Shown: positions 1 through 10,230 of the stretch, piece by piece
Layout: each line of letters starts with the position of its first letter
Position numbering within the stretch: position 1 is the first letter of the stretch
Program-made: the position numbers and the translations under genes
Notes under the pieces: generated by a model
The model's database searches: none
Told to the model about the DNA's origin: nothing
Seen by the model: the letters and a program-made list of their open reading frames with translations, nothing else
Source of the DNA: an uncultured bacterium
GTDB taxonomy: Bacteria > Margulisbacteria > WOR-1 > CAVSGV01
Reading direction: 5' to 3'
NCBI GenBank assembly: GCA_963768305.1
Contig: CAVYHE010000010.1
Coordinates: forward strand, 43,997-107,996
Length of the DNA: 64,000 bases

Positions 1-543
1 CACGGGAAAATACGCGCTATCGCGAAAGGCGCGAGGCGGCCCGCTTCAAAATTCGGGGGAAGGCTGGAAGTCTTCAGCTACGACCACATCCAGCTTGCCA
101 CGGCCAGGCATTTGGACATCATGAGCCAGTGCGAGACCATAGAGAGCTTTTACAGGCTGAGAGAGGACAGGAAAAAACTCAATTGCGGGTTTTACATCGT
201 CAAGCTTATTGATATAATCACAGAAGACAGGCAGAGGAATGATGAACTTTTTGACCTTCTTCTGGGCGCTTTATATGCCCTGCAGTCGTCGAGCGATCCG
301 GGCATTCTGTCCAGGGCTTTCGAGGTAAAGCTGTCCAAAGTTGAGGGTTTTCTTCCGTCGGACCAAATGCTCGAAAACAAGTTCAGGAGGCTGCCGCTCA
401 TCGTTGATAAATTAAGCGGGGACATGAAAGATCTGCCGACAGATCTTTCGGAGAATGACCTTAAAATATCCGGCCGGATCTTCAGGAATATCATTTCAGA
501 CCATACGGGCAAGGATATAAGAAAGGCAAGGGATTTCATATAA
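1..543 (+). CDS. recO: DNA repair protein RecO (5'-partial)
   Basis: Frame 1 is open from base 1: HGKIRAIAKGARRPASKFGGRLEVF..LDIMSQCETIESF, typical RecO N-terminal OB region. Confidence 0.9.
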   Translation, partial: HGKIRAIAKGARRPASKFGGRLEVFSYDHIQLATARHLDIMSQCETIESFYRLREDRKKLNCGFYIVKLIDIITEDRQRNDELFDLLLGALYALQSSSDPGILSRAFEVKLSKVEGFLPSDQMLENKFRRLPLIVDKLSGDMKDLPTDLSENDLKISGRIFRNIISDHTGKDIRKARDFI

Positions 544-563
544 CAAGGCCAAGGTTCTCAGTT

Positions 564-1748
564 GTGCTCTCGAACCCAGGATTCCTTCTGCTTTGGATGG
601 GGCAGCTCCTATCTCAGCTTGCAGACAGGATATTTATTTATGTCCTCATGATACTTGCTTATTCTCTAACAAGATCCAATCTCGGGGTCAGCATTCCAAT
701 GCTTTCTTTCGGCATCCCGTCAATCCTCTTTGGCTCTCTGGCTGGGGTTTATTCGGACAGGCTGGACAGGAAAGGTATTATGGTGGTCTCCTGCATATTA
801 AGGGGCGCGCTCATACTTTTGCTCGTTCCTCTTGTCAATAAATCCATCGCCTCGATATTTTTTGTGAGCTTTTTCATCTATACCGTCGCGCAGTTCTTCG
901 CTCCGGCCGAATCATCGTCAATACCGGAACTTGTCGAAAAGAAACACCTCATCATCGCGAATTCACTTTTTGTCATGACATGGATGGGCGCGTCCATGCT
1001 TGGGTTCGGTCTGGGAGCTCCCCTCATGAACTGGTTCGGGGAGGAAGGGACTTTCGTTCTTTCCGCGACTTTCTATATCATTTCAGCTGGCTTCATATTC
1101 CTTATCCCTCTCAAATATCAGACCAAAAGCATTGAAGCAACGACGGGGGATGTGCTTCATGACCTGAAGAACGGCTTCGATTACATAGGCAAGAGCACCA
1201 TCATCGGGGTATCGCTGCTCAAGATGTTCATATCCACTTCGGCCCTTGCCGTGGTCAGCCTTCTGGCAATATCGTACGCTAAGGAAGTGCTCATGATAGG
1301 GGAGAGGAACTTCGGATATCTTGTTATTGCCGCGGGGCTAGGCATGTTCGCGGGAATGGCATTTTTGGGAAGGGTCAGCCATATGTTCAAAAAATCGAAC
1401 ATTCTGATGGCAAGTTTCCTCATCTCGGGGATAGCGCTCTTCCTTGTTGCTGCGGTAAGCGACATAAAGATCGCGCTCCTGCTCATATTTGTTCTTGGTG
1501 TTTGCAATATTCTCATCAATTCTTCCATACAAACTATTCTTCAGTCGGTCGTGCCCGCGGGGATGAGAGGCAGGGTGTTCGGAGCGCAGAACATGCTCAT
1601 AAATTCCGCGTTCACTTTCCCGCTTCTGATCTTCGGGTCCATAGCCGACGTCTGGGGGATAAGGGCCGCGATCACCGTTCTCGGGTTCACCATGCTGGCC
1701 GGAGGATCCGTCGGGTTCCTATGGAGGGGCGTAAAGCTGCCGGAGTGA
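564..1748 (+). CDS. MFS transporter (DHA3/macrolide-efflux-like)
   Basis: About 12 hydrophobic segments, motif A GVYSDRLDRK, and second-half motif MRGRVFG. Confidence 0.88.
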   Translation: MLSNPGFLLLWMGQLLSQLADRIFIYVLMILAYSLTRSNLGVSIPMLSFGIPSILFGSLAGVYSDRLDRKGIMVVSCILRGALILLLVPLVNKSIASIFFVSFFIYTVAQFFAPAESSSIPELVEKKHLIIANSLFVMTWMGASMLGFGLGAPLMNWFGEEGTFVLSATFYIISAGFIFLIPLKYQTKSIEATTGDVLHDLKNGFDYIGKSTIIGVSLLKMFISTSALAVVSLLAISYAKEVLMIGERNFGYLVIAAGLGMFAGMAFLGRVSHMFKKSNILMASFLISGIALFLVAAVSDIKIALLLIFVLGVCNILINSSIQTILQSVVPAGMRGRVFGAQNMLINSAFTFPLLIFGSIADVWGIRAAITVLGFTMLAGGSVGFLWRGVKLPE

Positions 1749-2722
1749 GACCTCTTGTCTGCAACTATTATCTGACCTTCAAATGCAATGATGCAAGCGA
1801 GCTGAACGACCTGTGGCAAAAAAAAGAATTGCAGGAGATGCCGGAAACAGCGGCCGCTTTGGTAAAGGAAAATCTAAGGCGGCTGAAAAAGCTGGGGCTT
1901 TTTGCGGTTAACTTCGCCGGTGGCGAACCGCTCCTTTATGACGAACTTCCCGAGGTTCTCAGAGCTTCAAAAAGATCCGGATTTTTCAACATATTGACCA
2001 CTAACGGGATCCTTTATGAGGGAAGGGCCCGCGATATCACACCATTTATCGACAATCTGGTTTTTTCGCTTGACTCTCCATTTCCCGCGGAACACAACAG
2101 GATAAAAGGCACCGATTGCTATCAGGCGGTCATGGACGGGATAAGGACGGCAAAACAGCTTGGCAAAAGCCCCATCATCGGCTTCACTGTTACCAGGGAT
2201 ACTGTAGGACTCCTTCCCGAAATGGACGATCTTTCCCGGAATCTCGGAGTTCTACTTTGGATAAATCCGGTGTATAATTGGGCCGGGCTTGAGGGTTTCA
2301 ATAATGAAACTGTTGATTATATCAATAGTTTTTTCGGCAAAAATAACATTGCTATGGACATGGCAAGCCTGAAGCTGATAAAAGAGGGAGGGAACAGCGT
2401 CAAAAGACCCGTTTGCAGGGCGGGCAGCTCTGTATTGACGATATTCCCTGATAATACCCTGGTTTCTCCCTGTATCCATTTGCAAAAGTCCATAATAAAA
2501 CTTGAGGATAAAGGAAAAAGCATATCAGGATCTCTCAAGGGAAGGGAGGCTGTATCGGCGGTCTCAATCCACGGCCGCGATGAAAAATGCCGGGGCTGCA
2601 TGGACTGGTCTTATCTGGGCCCGTCATTTCTGCAGGGCATGAACAGGATGACTTTTCCGGCGATTTATTCGCTATGGAAACTTTTCTGGAAAGATATCAA
2701 ATATAAAGGAGCAAGAACATGA
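1745..2722 (+). CDS. Radical SAM/SPASM-fold protein with degenerate CxxxCxxC motif
   Basis: GTG start overlaps the MFS stop (GTGA). Motifs YYLTFKCNDASELNDLW, NFAGGEPLL, LTTNG, VFSLDS..HNRIKG, and C-terminal CRAG..SPC..CRGC. Confidence 0.8.
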   Translation: MRPLVCNYYLTFKCNDASELNDLWQKKELQEMPETAAALVKENLRRLKKLGLFAVNFAGGEPLLYDELPEVLRASKRSGFFNILTTNGILYEGRARDITPFIDNLVFSLDSPFPAEHNRIKGTDCYQAVMDGIRTAKQLGKSPIIGFTVTRDTVGLLPEMDDLSRNLGVLLWINPVYNWAGLEGFNNETVDYINSFFGKNNIAMDMASLKLIKEGGNSVKRPVCRAGSSVLTIFPDNTLVSPCIHLQKSIIKLEDKGKSISGSLKGREAVSAVSIHGRDEKCRGCMDWSYLGPSFLQGMNRMTFPAIYSLWKLFWKDIKYKGART

Positions 2723-3906
2723 AGATACTGATGCTGACGCCTTATTTTTATCCGCATACAGGGGGAACGGAGAAATACGTAAAAGACCTTTCTATTCAGT
2801 TGGTGAAGAACGGCCATGACGTGACTGTAATTTCCTGCAATGTTCCGCGTTCGAAGAAAGCGAAAAAAGATGAGATCATCGACGGCGTAAAGATAAAGCG
2901 CCTTTCCGCCATCGATTTCCTATATTACCTTCCGGTCACGCTTTTTTTCAATCTTAAAATACTGGAAGGGTATGACGTCGTCCACATCCACTGCCCGCCG
3001 CACAGTTTTGTCAGGTCGGTGGCGGGAAGGACGAAAGTGCCGGTAGTTACGACTTTCCACTGCGATATTACGGTGACCGACCAGTTCTTCGGCATCCCGA
3101 TCCCTCGTTTCATCACGAGCGGATTTGAAGCGCTTATGAACTGGTACGCAGACAGGTTCCTTCCGAAGGTCGAAGAAATAATCTGCACATCGGAATCATA
3201 CGCGTCCACCTCGCCTGTCATGAAAAACTTCCCGCGTAACATCATACCGATAGGCGTTTACCATGATAAGCTTGATGAATCCATCAAAAAACAGGGGATC
3301 GATCCATTAAAAGGCAAGAAAAAACAGATATTATTCCTCGGGCGCCTTGCCGCGAACAAAGGGATCAGATACCTTGTTTCAGCGATGCCGAAGATACTGA
3401 ATGCGCATCCTGACGCGAAGCTTATCATCTGCGGAGAAGGGGAAGAAAAGCCGTCCATCGAAAAACAGATAAAAAGCCTGGGATTGGAAGCGAGCATAAC
3501 ATTCTACGGAACAGTGGACCTTGATACGCTTTCAAAGCTTTACGCCACTTCATCGGTCTTCGTCCTTCCTTCCATAAACAGGCTCGAAGCTTTCGGGATA
3601 GTCCAGCTTGAAGCAATGGCGTGTTATACGCCGGTCGTGGCATCGGATATCCCCGGCGTAAACAGCGTCATGGACATAGGAAAGAGCGGGCTTCTGACCC
3701 CCAAACAAGAACCGGATGCCATAGCTAATGCTGTCATCAGGATATTGAGCGAACCCGAGCTCATAAGGTCCATGGGCGCGAGAGGCAGGCATCTGGTGGA
3801 AACAAAATACGACTGGCCGATAATTTCCAAGGCAGTCGAGCTGGTCTATCAAAAAGCCATCTCAAAAAAGAAGGCAAGCCTGGCCGGAGGGAGCGGAAGC
3901 AAATAG
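2719..3906 (+). CDS. Glycosyltransferase family 4
   Basis: MKILMLTPYFYPHTGGTE, FLGRLAANKG and EAFGIVQLEAMA (ExFGxxxxEA). Confidence 0.92.
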   Translation: MKILMLTPYFYPHTGGTEKYVKDLSIQLVKNGHDVTVISCNVPRSKKAKKDEIIDGVKIKRLSAIDFLYYLPVTLFFNLKILEGYDVVHIHCPPHSFVRSVAGRTKVPVVTTFHCDITVTDQFFGIPIPRFITSGFEALMNWYADRFLPKVEEIICTSESYASTSPVMKNFPRNIIPIGVYHDKLDESIKKQGIDPLKGKKKQILFLGRLAANKGIRYLVSAMPKILNAHPDAKLIICGEGEEKPSIEKQIKSLGLEASITFYGTVDLDTLSKLYATSSVFVLPSINRLEAFGIVQLEAMACYTPVVASDIPGVNSVMDIGKSGLLTPKQEPDAIANAVIRILSEPELIRSMGARGRHLVETKYDWPIISKAVELVYQKAISKKKASLAGGSGSK

Positions 3907-4893
3907 TGAAGGTGCTTGTAACAGGCGGGGCCGGCTACATCGGTTCCGTTACCGTCCGCGAATTGATCAAAGAAGGATATGAAGTTGTAATTTTTGACAG
4001 TCTGGTCTATGGCCATGAGCAGTCCGTTCCCAAAGAGGCCAAATTCATAAAAGGCGACCTGCAGGACAAAAAAACCGTTCTTTCGGCGATCGCGAAGGAA
4101 AAGATAGAAGCGGTCGTGCATTTCGCAGGGGCCTCGCTGGTTGGAGAATCGGTGAAGGAGCCGCTCAAATATTTTAGGAACAATGTGGGAGGCGGGCTGA
4201 ACCTTCTTGAATCAATGAAAGAGACCGGCGTCGACAAGATAATATTCTCTTCTTCAGCCGCGGTTTACGGAGAGCCGGAGAGGATCCCCATCCAGGAAGA
4301 TGATCATAAAGAGCCGACAAATCCATACGGGGAAACGAAGCTGATGTTCGAGAAATTCCTCAAATGGTTCGGGTTAGCCTATGGTATCCGTTCCGTCTGT
4401 TTGCGCTATTTCAATGCGGCAGGCGCCGACACGGAGAACGGTCTTGGTGAAGATCGATGATCCCGAAACTCATCTGATACCCATCATACTTAAAGTCGCG
4501 CTAGGGCAGCGGGAAAAGATAGATATTTTCGGGACGGATTACGACACTCCGGACGGCACCTGCGTCAGGGATTACGTTCACGTGAAGGACCTGGCAGTAT
4601 CACATGTGATGGCGCTGAAACATTTAATGGAAGGCGGAGCATCTTCTTATTATAATCTTGGCTCTTCAAAAGGATATTCGGTCAGCGAGGTCATAGATGT
4701 CGCCCGAAAGATCACCGGCAAGCCGATAAAAGCCGTTGAGTCTCCCCGAAGGGCAGGCGATCCGCCAAAGCTTGTAGCGAGCAGCGAAAAGATAAAGAAA
4801 GAACTGGGATTCAAACTCGGCTACAGCGATCTTGAAACTATAATTTCAGACGCCTGGAAGTGGCATTCACAGCATCCTCAAGGATATAAATGA
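3906..4893 (+). CDS. galE: UDP-glucose 4-epimerase (one apparent frameshift near 4455)
   Basis: [24 protein letters not shown], then in another frame [26 protein letters not shown]. Confidence 0.93.
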
Positions 4894-5986
4894 CGAAGAT
4901 ATTATATCTTTATTCCGATACGGGCGGCGGCCACAGGGCCGCGGCCAATTCTCTTATGACAGCTGTTAAACGGCTTAAAGGCGAAGAGATCGAACAGGAA
5001 GCTATCGATATCTTCGCCCAAGGCAGCTCTTTCCTTAATATTTTTGCCAGAGCTTATGCTCCCGTGATCAAATACGCGCCGTGGTTCTGGCGCTTCCTGT
5101 GGTTCTCGCTTAACGATAACAAAAGGCTCAAAATAATGGAGAAGATCGCCACGCCTTTCATATTGAACAGTATTGCAAGGATATTCGACGAAAAAAAACC
5201 GGACATACTGGTTTCCGTGCATCCGCTTGTGAACCATCTGTCAATTAAAGCAATAAAAAAGATCGGGCTGAATATCCCTTACATTACGGTAACCATGGAT
5301 CCGGTGGACCTTCATAAGGCCTGGATAAGCCCGGAAACCGATTATATTACCACTGGCACCGAGGAAGCGAAGCAGATATGCCTGAAGGAAGGACTGCCTG
5401 AGAACAAGATCAAACTTCTCGGCATCCCCATCGATCCCAGATTCTCCGATGAACACAATAAGAAGGAAGTCAGGAGATCGATGAATTTAAAAGAGGACCT
5501 TTATACCGTTCTTGTAATGGGCGGGGGGAAGGCGCGGGCAACATTTTCGACATTGTTTCCCAGTTGAACAGGAGCTCGCTTCAGATGCAGCTTATAGTCA
5601 TTTGCGGAAGGAACGAAGCTTTAAAGAATAAGCTCAACTCAATGATGATGAGGTTCCCTAAAAATATAATAGGGTTCACGAATGAAGTGCCGTCGGTAAT
5701 GGCGGCTTCCGATATTATCATAACAAAAGGCGGGCCCGGAGCGATCTTTGAAGCATTAGCCAGAGATCTTCCCATGATCATCACAAGCTGGCTTCCCGGA
5801 CAGGAAGAGGGGAATATCAAATTCGTCCTTGCCCACGATATCGGAAAGGTCTGCACGGATCCAACTAAGATCATACAAATGATCGAAGAGATCAGATCGG
5901 ACGTTCATATTAAAGATAATATTCAAAAAGCGAAGAAACCTCATGCCGTGTTCGATATCGCGAATTTGATCTTGGAACAAATATGA
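4890..5986 (+). CDS. GT28 MGDG-synthase/UgtP-like diacylglycerol glycosyltransferase (frameshift near 5530)
   Basis: [50 protein letters not shown] and PGQEEGN. Confidence 0.88.
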
Positions 5987-7440
5987 AACAAATCGCGTTC
6001 TCCATCGTCATCTTGTTCTTATCCTTATTTTCTCCCGTTCTTTGCCAGGAAATGCCAAAGGATGTTCCATCCGATAACTTCGCGTACAGCGCGATACAGG
6101 ACCTAGTTAACAGAGGGATAAACGTTTCTCAAGGTTATCCGGACGGCACATTCAGGGGGGACAGGTATACCAGCCGGTATGAAAATGCGTATCTCATGGC
6201 CTCTCTCGCCCTTAAATTGAAAAGAACAGCTTCGCTTGATCCGGACCTTTCGGACATTAAAGATGAGCTCTCGTATCTGAGAAATGATTTGTCCGGCATA
6301 AAACAAGCACCTGCCGGGGAAAATGACATTAATTTCGGCGGATCATTGGAATTGAAGAGCATGTTCGGGAACCTGCTCGCGTACGACCGGGATGATATGG
6401 GGCTGTCAGGACCCGAGACGAATTATCGTTTCAAATATACGATAGAAAAGAAAATGAGCGACGACGCCGCTATAAAGGTGAATCTGGATACGATGGACGG
6501 TGCGTTCAATTCATCGACGTTCAGGAATTTTGCTACTGAGATAATGGATTTTGAAGGGGATCTGTCGATCAATATCGGACTGGAAAATCCGCTTAAGATA
6601 CAGACTTTATTCGGGCCCGGCAGTGTCCTTCACAGAGATACAAGCGGCGTTGCGCCCAGCGAGGATGATACCTATTTTGTCAGGCCCAGGCCCACACTTA
6701 CGGTATCAACTATCCTGGGCGGATGGAATGTCGCGGGGACGTACGCCGCGCGCGGAGTTGACAGCTTCGGATCGGTGGCAACGAACGAAGTGAACGTTAA
6801 GTTCGACAGAAAGATCGGCGTCCTGCCGATGGTCGGATCATCGGAATTCACCAGCACGACCAGATATGTTTTCATCGATCTCCTTGACCCGACGAGCATG
6901 GCGAATGATTTTCATCAGGAAATATCGCTTCTGATGAAGCAAAACGACAGCGTATCGGAAAAGGTCCTTGTGGGATCATCATCAAATGACAGTCCGAACA
7001 GCCAGTATTACTTGAATTTCGAGCTTTACCTGAAGGATCTGTTCAACATAGGCGCAAGTACGAATTTATATTTTAATTCCGTCGGTATGGATTACCGTCA
7101 GGGACTGGACAGCCTTGAATTCACTCCCCTGAACCTTTTCAACAGAAAGATACTTGACGGAACAATAGATCTGGGGATGGAATTTTCCGCGCCGTTGACG
7201 GACAAACTGACCTTTAAAAATAAAATGGAGCTGGTCACCGATACTTTATACAGGATCGACAGGGACGCTCCGGGCACTTCATATACCCATGAATTTTCAC
7301 TTGACCTGCAAGTCAATAATGATCTGACGTTCAATACTTTTTACAGGTATTATTTCGTTCCGAGCAAGCTTGACCAGTTCTCAAATGCCGTGCCCGAAGA
7401 ATCCGATATTCTCGGGTTCGGCTTGAAGTTCGAGTTTTAG
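5983..7440 (+). CDS. SLH-domain outer-membrane beta-barrel protein (OmpM/SomA-like)
   Basis: Signal peptide, SLH motif (DVP..AY..GYPDGTFRG..SRYE), short coiled coil, beta-rich C-terminus ending in Phe (LKFEF). Confidence 0.8.
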   Translation: MKQIAFSIVILFLSLFSPVLCQEMPKDVPSDNFAYSAIQDLVNRGINVSQGYPDGTFRGDRYTSRYENAYLMASLALKLKRTASLDPDLSDIKDELSYLRNDLSGIKQAPAGENDINFGGSLELKSMFGNLLAYDRDDMGLSGPETNYRFKYTIEKKMSDDAAIKVNLDTMDGAFNSSTFRNFATEIMDFEGDLSINIGLENPLKIQTLFGPGSVLHRDTSGVAPSEDDTYFVRPRPTLTVSTILGGWNVAGTYAARGVDSFGSVATNEVNVKFDRKIGVLPMVGSSEFTSTTRYVFIDLLDPTSMANDFHQEISLLMKQNDSVSEKVLVGSSSNDSPNSQYYLNFELYLKDLFNIGASTNLYFNSVGMDYRQGLDSLEFTPLNLFNRKILDGTIDLGMEFSAPLTDKLTFKNKMELVTDTLYRIDRDAPGTSYTHEFSLDLQVNNDLTFNTFYRYYFVPSKLDQFSNAVPEESDILGFGLKFEF

Positions 7441-7466
7441 ACAATAAATTGCCCGAATGATATACT
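7438..7466 (+). promoter_or_regulatory. sigma70-type promoter for the second SLH gene
   Basis: TAGACA-N17-TATACT with an extended -10 TG. Confidence 0.55.
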
Positions 7467-7484
7467 AGGGTGAAGGAGAGTAAT

Positions 7485-9086
7485 ATGAAAAAGTTCCTGT
7501 TGATATTATCGGTCCTATTTCTTGTGTCAGGATATTGTTTTTCTCTGACAACTTCAGAGGCAAAAACAGCATCAAAAGAAGCAGCGGCCCTTACAACGCC
7601 GAATATAACTTCTGAAGCATCATCAACAAAAGAAGCCGTCCAGACCGCTGCTCCTGCGGCTGAGGCTAAAGCGACAAAGATCAAATTCAAGGATGTTCCC
7701 GATGACCACTGGGCGGCAAGCTCGGTTTATTCGCTGGTGAACATGGGAGTGACGCAGGGCTATCCGGACGGCACGTTCAGGGGAAGCAGCAAAATCACAA
7801 GATATGAGACCGCGAGCTTGATCTCAAAACTGGCTTCTGCCATAGAGGATGAAAATGATGTAGCGGCCGAGAGAACGAAAGATGAGATCAGGGACGAGAT
7901 AATGTCCCTCAGGACGGAGATAGCGGCCCTTAAGCAGGCGCCGGAAGAAAGCGAAAAGCCGTTCTCCGGTCTATTCACCTCAGAGATCATGTTCGGAAAT
8001 ATTGCGGCGGGGAACACGTCAGTTGAAGGGCAATCCGCTCCGGTAGGGCCGCTTGTCAGGTACAGGCTGCAGACGACATTTTCCAAAGACTTAAGCGACA
8101 CGGCAGGATTAAAAGTGAATATCGACACAATGGATTCCGGCTTTGGCGGAGGATCGAGCGATCTTTCAACAAGAATACTTGATGTTGAAGGGGATATGGA
8201 TTTGAACATCGGGCTTGAAAATCCGTTGAATGTAATAGTTACAAGCGGGCCCGGCCCTCAGGTTCACACGGAAGAAGCCGTGAACGGAGAATACATAGCA
8301 AGGAGCGAGAACGGAGTTATTTATGTACGCCCATGGAACAGTGTTATGCTCTCTTCAAATATCTTGGGAACGGACCTTAGGCTGGGATATATTGCCAGAG
8401 TGATAGATCAATTAGGCGCGGTACAAACCAATCAGTACCAGGCAGCGCTCGGGTTTGTTATTCCCAAATTATTCTTGGTACCTTCTTTCAAGCTGAACAC
8501 TACGGTTGATTATCTTGCCAATCAGCCTCAATACGATCCATCCGGGCCTACCGACACCAAATTTACTTTTGATTCTTCCGGGATGCTCGCGTCAAAGGTC
8601 AAAATGGGCTGGTTCTACAGTTTGAATCAGGATGGTTCGGCCCCTCATAATTCAATGGTCGGCTTCCAGCTGGACCTTATGGATGCATGGAATACAGGAA
8701 CGCTTTTCACTTTTAAGTACAGAAAAGTGGGAAAGGATTACCTACATGCGGATACTTTGCTTGCAGAGGATCTTTTTGCGGGGTTGGATGCCTTTAACAG
8801 ATATATCGGCAGCGGAGAGGGTCTGGGCATTGTGGATGTAGGCGGCGAGCTTACCCAGACTATCACGGATACTTTCAGGTTGCTCGGCAGGATCGACTGG
8901 AGGCTGACGCCTGACAACAAGTATGACAGCGATTCTCCTCAATGCGGGCTTGTGATGGAAGGCGGGATCTCCTGGGATATCGCCACCGATACGGTATTTG
9001 AAACATTATACAGGACCGAGACAATACCTTCCGCGGCGGACAAATCCACCGACCTGCTCCAGCTGAGCCTGTCGTATAAGTTCTAG
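7485..9086 (+). CDS. Second SLH-domain outer-membrane beta-barrel protein, paralog of 5983-7440
   Basis: FKDVPDDHWA..GYPDGTFRG..TRYE. Shares KVN(L/I)DTMD and NIGLENPL with the upstream gene, has an Ala/Thr/Glu-rich linker, and ends SYKF. Confidence 0.82.
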   Translation: MKKFLLILSVLFLVSGYCFSLTTSEAKTASKEAAALTTPNITSEASSTKEAVQTAAPAAEAKATKIKFKDVPDDHWAASSVYSLVNMGVTQGYPDGTFRGSSKITRYETASLISKLASAIEDENDVAAERTKDEIRDEIMSLRTEIAALKQAPEESEKPFSGLFTSEIMFGNIAAGNTSVEGQSAPVGPLVRYRLQTTFSKDLSDTAGLKVNIDTMDSGFGGGSSDLSTRILDVEGDMDLNIGLENPLNVIVTSGPGPQVHTEEAVNGEYIARSENGVIYVRPWNSVMLSSNILGTDLRLGYIARVIDQLGAVQTNQYQAALGFVIPKLFLVPSFKLNTTVDYLANQPQYDPSGPTDTKFTFDSSGMLASKVKMGWFYSLNQDGSAPHNSMVGFQLDLMDAWNTGTLFTFKYRKVGKDYLHADTLLAEDLFAGLDAFNRYIGSGEGLGIVDVGGELTQTITDTFRLLGRIDWRLTPDNKYDSDSPQCGLVMEGGISWDIATDTVFETLYRTETIPSAADKSTDLLQLSLSYKF

Positions 9087-9088
9087 CC

Positions 9089-9853
9089 TTGGAACTTAAC
9101 GGGCTGAAAACCAGGGTAGTCGGCAAGAGGATCCTCTTTATTGAGGAAACCGATTCAACAAATGAAGAAGCGCGCCGGCTTGCCAAACTCGGCGAAAAAG
9201 AAGGCACTGTTATCATTGCCGCTTCCCAAACAAAAGGAAAGGGCAGGGCCGGCAGGCGGTGGATATCACCGGACGGCGGGCTTTACATCTCGATCATTTT
9301 AAAACCCTATGTAAGCGCATCAAATCTTCCTTTGATCACACTTTTTTCCGCGGTCGCGGCGGTCCGGACCATAAGAGGCTTGACCAAGCTGAGCGCTTCG
9401 GTCAAGTGGCCGAATGATATCATCATATCGGGGAGGAAGGCCGGCGGGATCCTTTGCGAAGCAGCGAAAAATTTCATGATCGTCGGGATCGGGATAAATC
9501 TCAATACGAACCTCAGCCTTTTTCCTTCTGCACTTAAAAAACAGGTCACATCCTTGAAATTCGAGCTTGGGGCCAATGTGGACAGGGACAAGATAACAAA
9601 GATCCTTCTTGAGGAATTCGATAAGCTTTACAATGATTTCCTGCATCACAGGTCGGAAAATATAATATCTGAATGGAGCGGCTACTGCCTCATGTTGGGA
9701 AATCCCGTCAGCATAGAAACATCGAAAGGTGTGGTCGTGGGCATAGCGGAAGGTGTGGGGAGCAGGGGAGAGTTGCGGGTCAGGGAGTATGATGGTAAAA
9801 TCATTAAAGTATTTTCGGGGGACGTGATCAAGGTAAATCCGGAGCATTTATGA
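9089..9853 (+). CDS. birA: Biotin-[acetyl-CoA carboxylase] ligase without N-terminal HTH
   Basis: DSTN, QTKGKGRAGRRW, KWPND, KAGGIL and GIGIN. Confidence 0.93.
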   Translation: MELNGLKTRVVGKRILFIEETDSTNEEARRLAKLGEKEGTVIIAASQTKGKGRAGRRWISPDGGLYISIILKPYVSASNLPLITLFSAVAAVRTIRGLTKLSASVKWPNDIIISGRKAGGILCEAAKNFMIVGIGINLNTNLSLFPSALKKQVTSLKFELGANVDRDKITKILLEEFDKLYNDFLHHRSENIISEWSGYCLMLGNPVSIETSKGVVVGIAEGVGSRGELRVREYDGKIIKVFSGDVIKVNPEHL

Positions 9854-10212
9854 ACAAAGCAAGAGGTATAAGGGGCGCTATAACGGTATCAAAAAACTCG
9901 AAGAATGACATCTTATCATCCACGAGAGAGCTCCTTCGCGAGATCATCCGCGTGAACAAGATCAGGGCCGATGATATTGCCAGCATTATTTTCACCTCTA
10001 CGAGCGACCTGAATGCGGAATTTCCCGCGACCGCCGCAAGAAGTTTGGGATTGAAAGCCACTCCTTTGCTTTGCGCCCGCGAGATAAATGTGCCGGGCTC
10101 GCTCAGGAAATGCATAAGAATTTTGATGCTGGTAAATTCCGACAAGGCGCAGTCTTCAATAAAGCATGTTTATTTAAGAAGCGCGAAAATATTGAGGGAA
10201 GATCTGAATTAA
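9850..10212 (+). CDS. aroH: AroH-type chorismate mutase
   Basis: RGIRGAIT, DLNAEFPA, CIRIL and HVYL. Confidence 0.93.
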   Translation: MNKARGIRGAITVSKNSKNDILSSTRELLREIIRVNKIRADDIASIIFTSTSDLNAEFPATAARSLGLKATPLLCAREINVPGSLRKCIRILMLVNSDKAQSSIKHVYLRSAKILREDLN

Positions 10213-10230
10213 CCAGGAGGTTTTCTTATT

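Noticed and set aside
1502..1744. N-terminal extension of the radical SAM ORF in the ORF track
   Set aside because: It overlaps the MFS gene in another frame. GTG at 1745 with a GTGA overlap is the plausible start.
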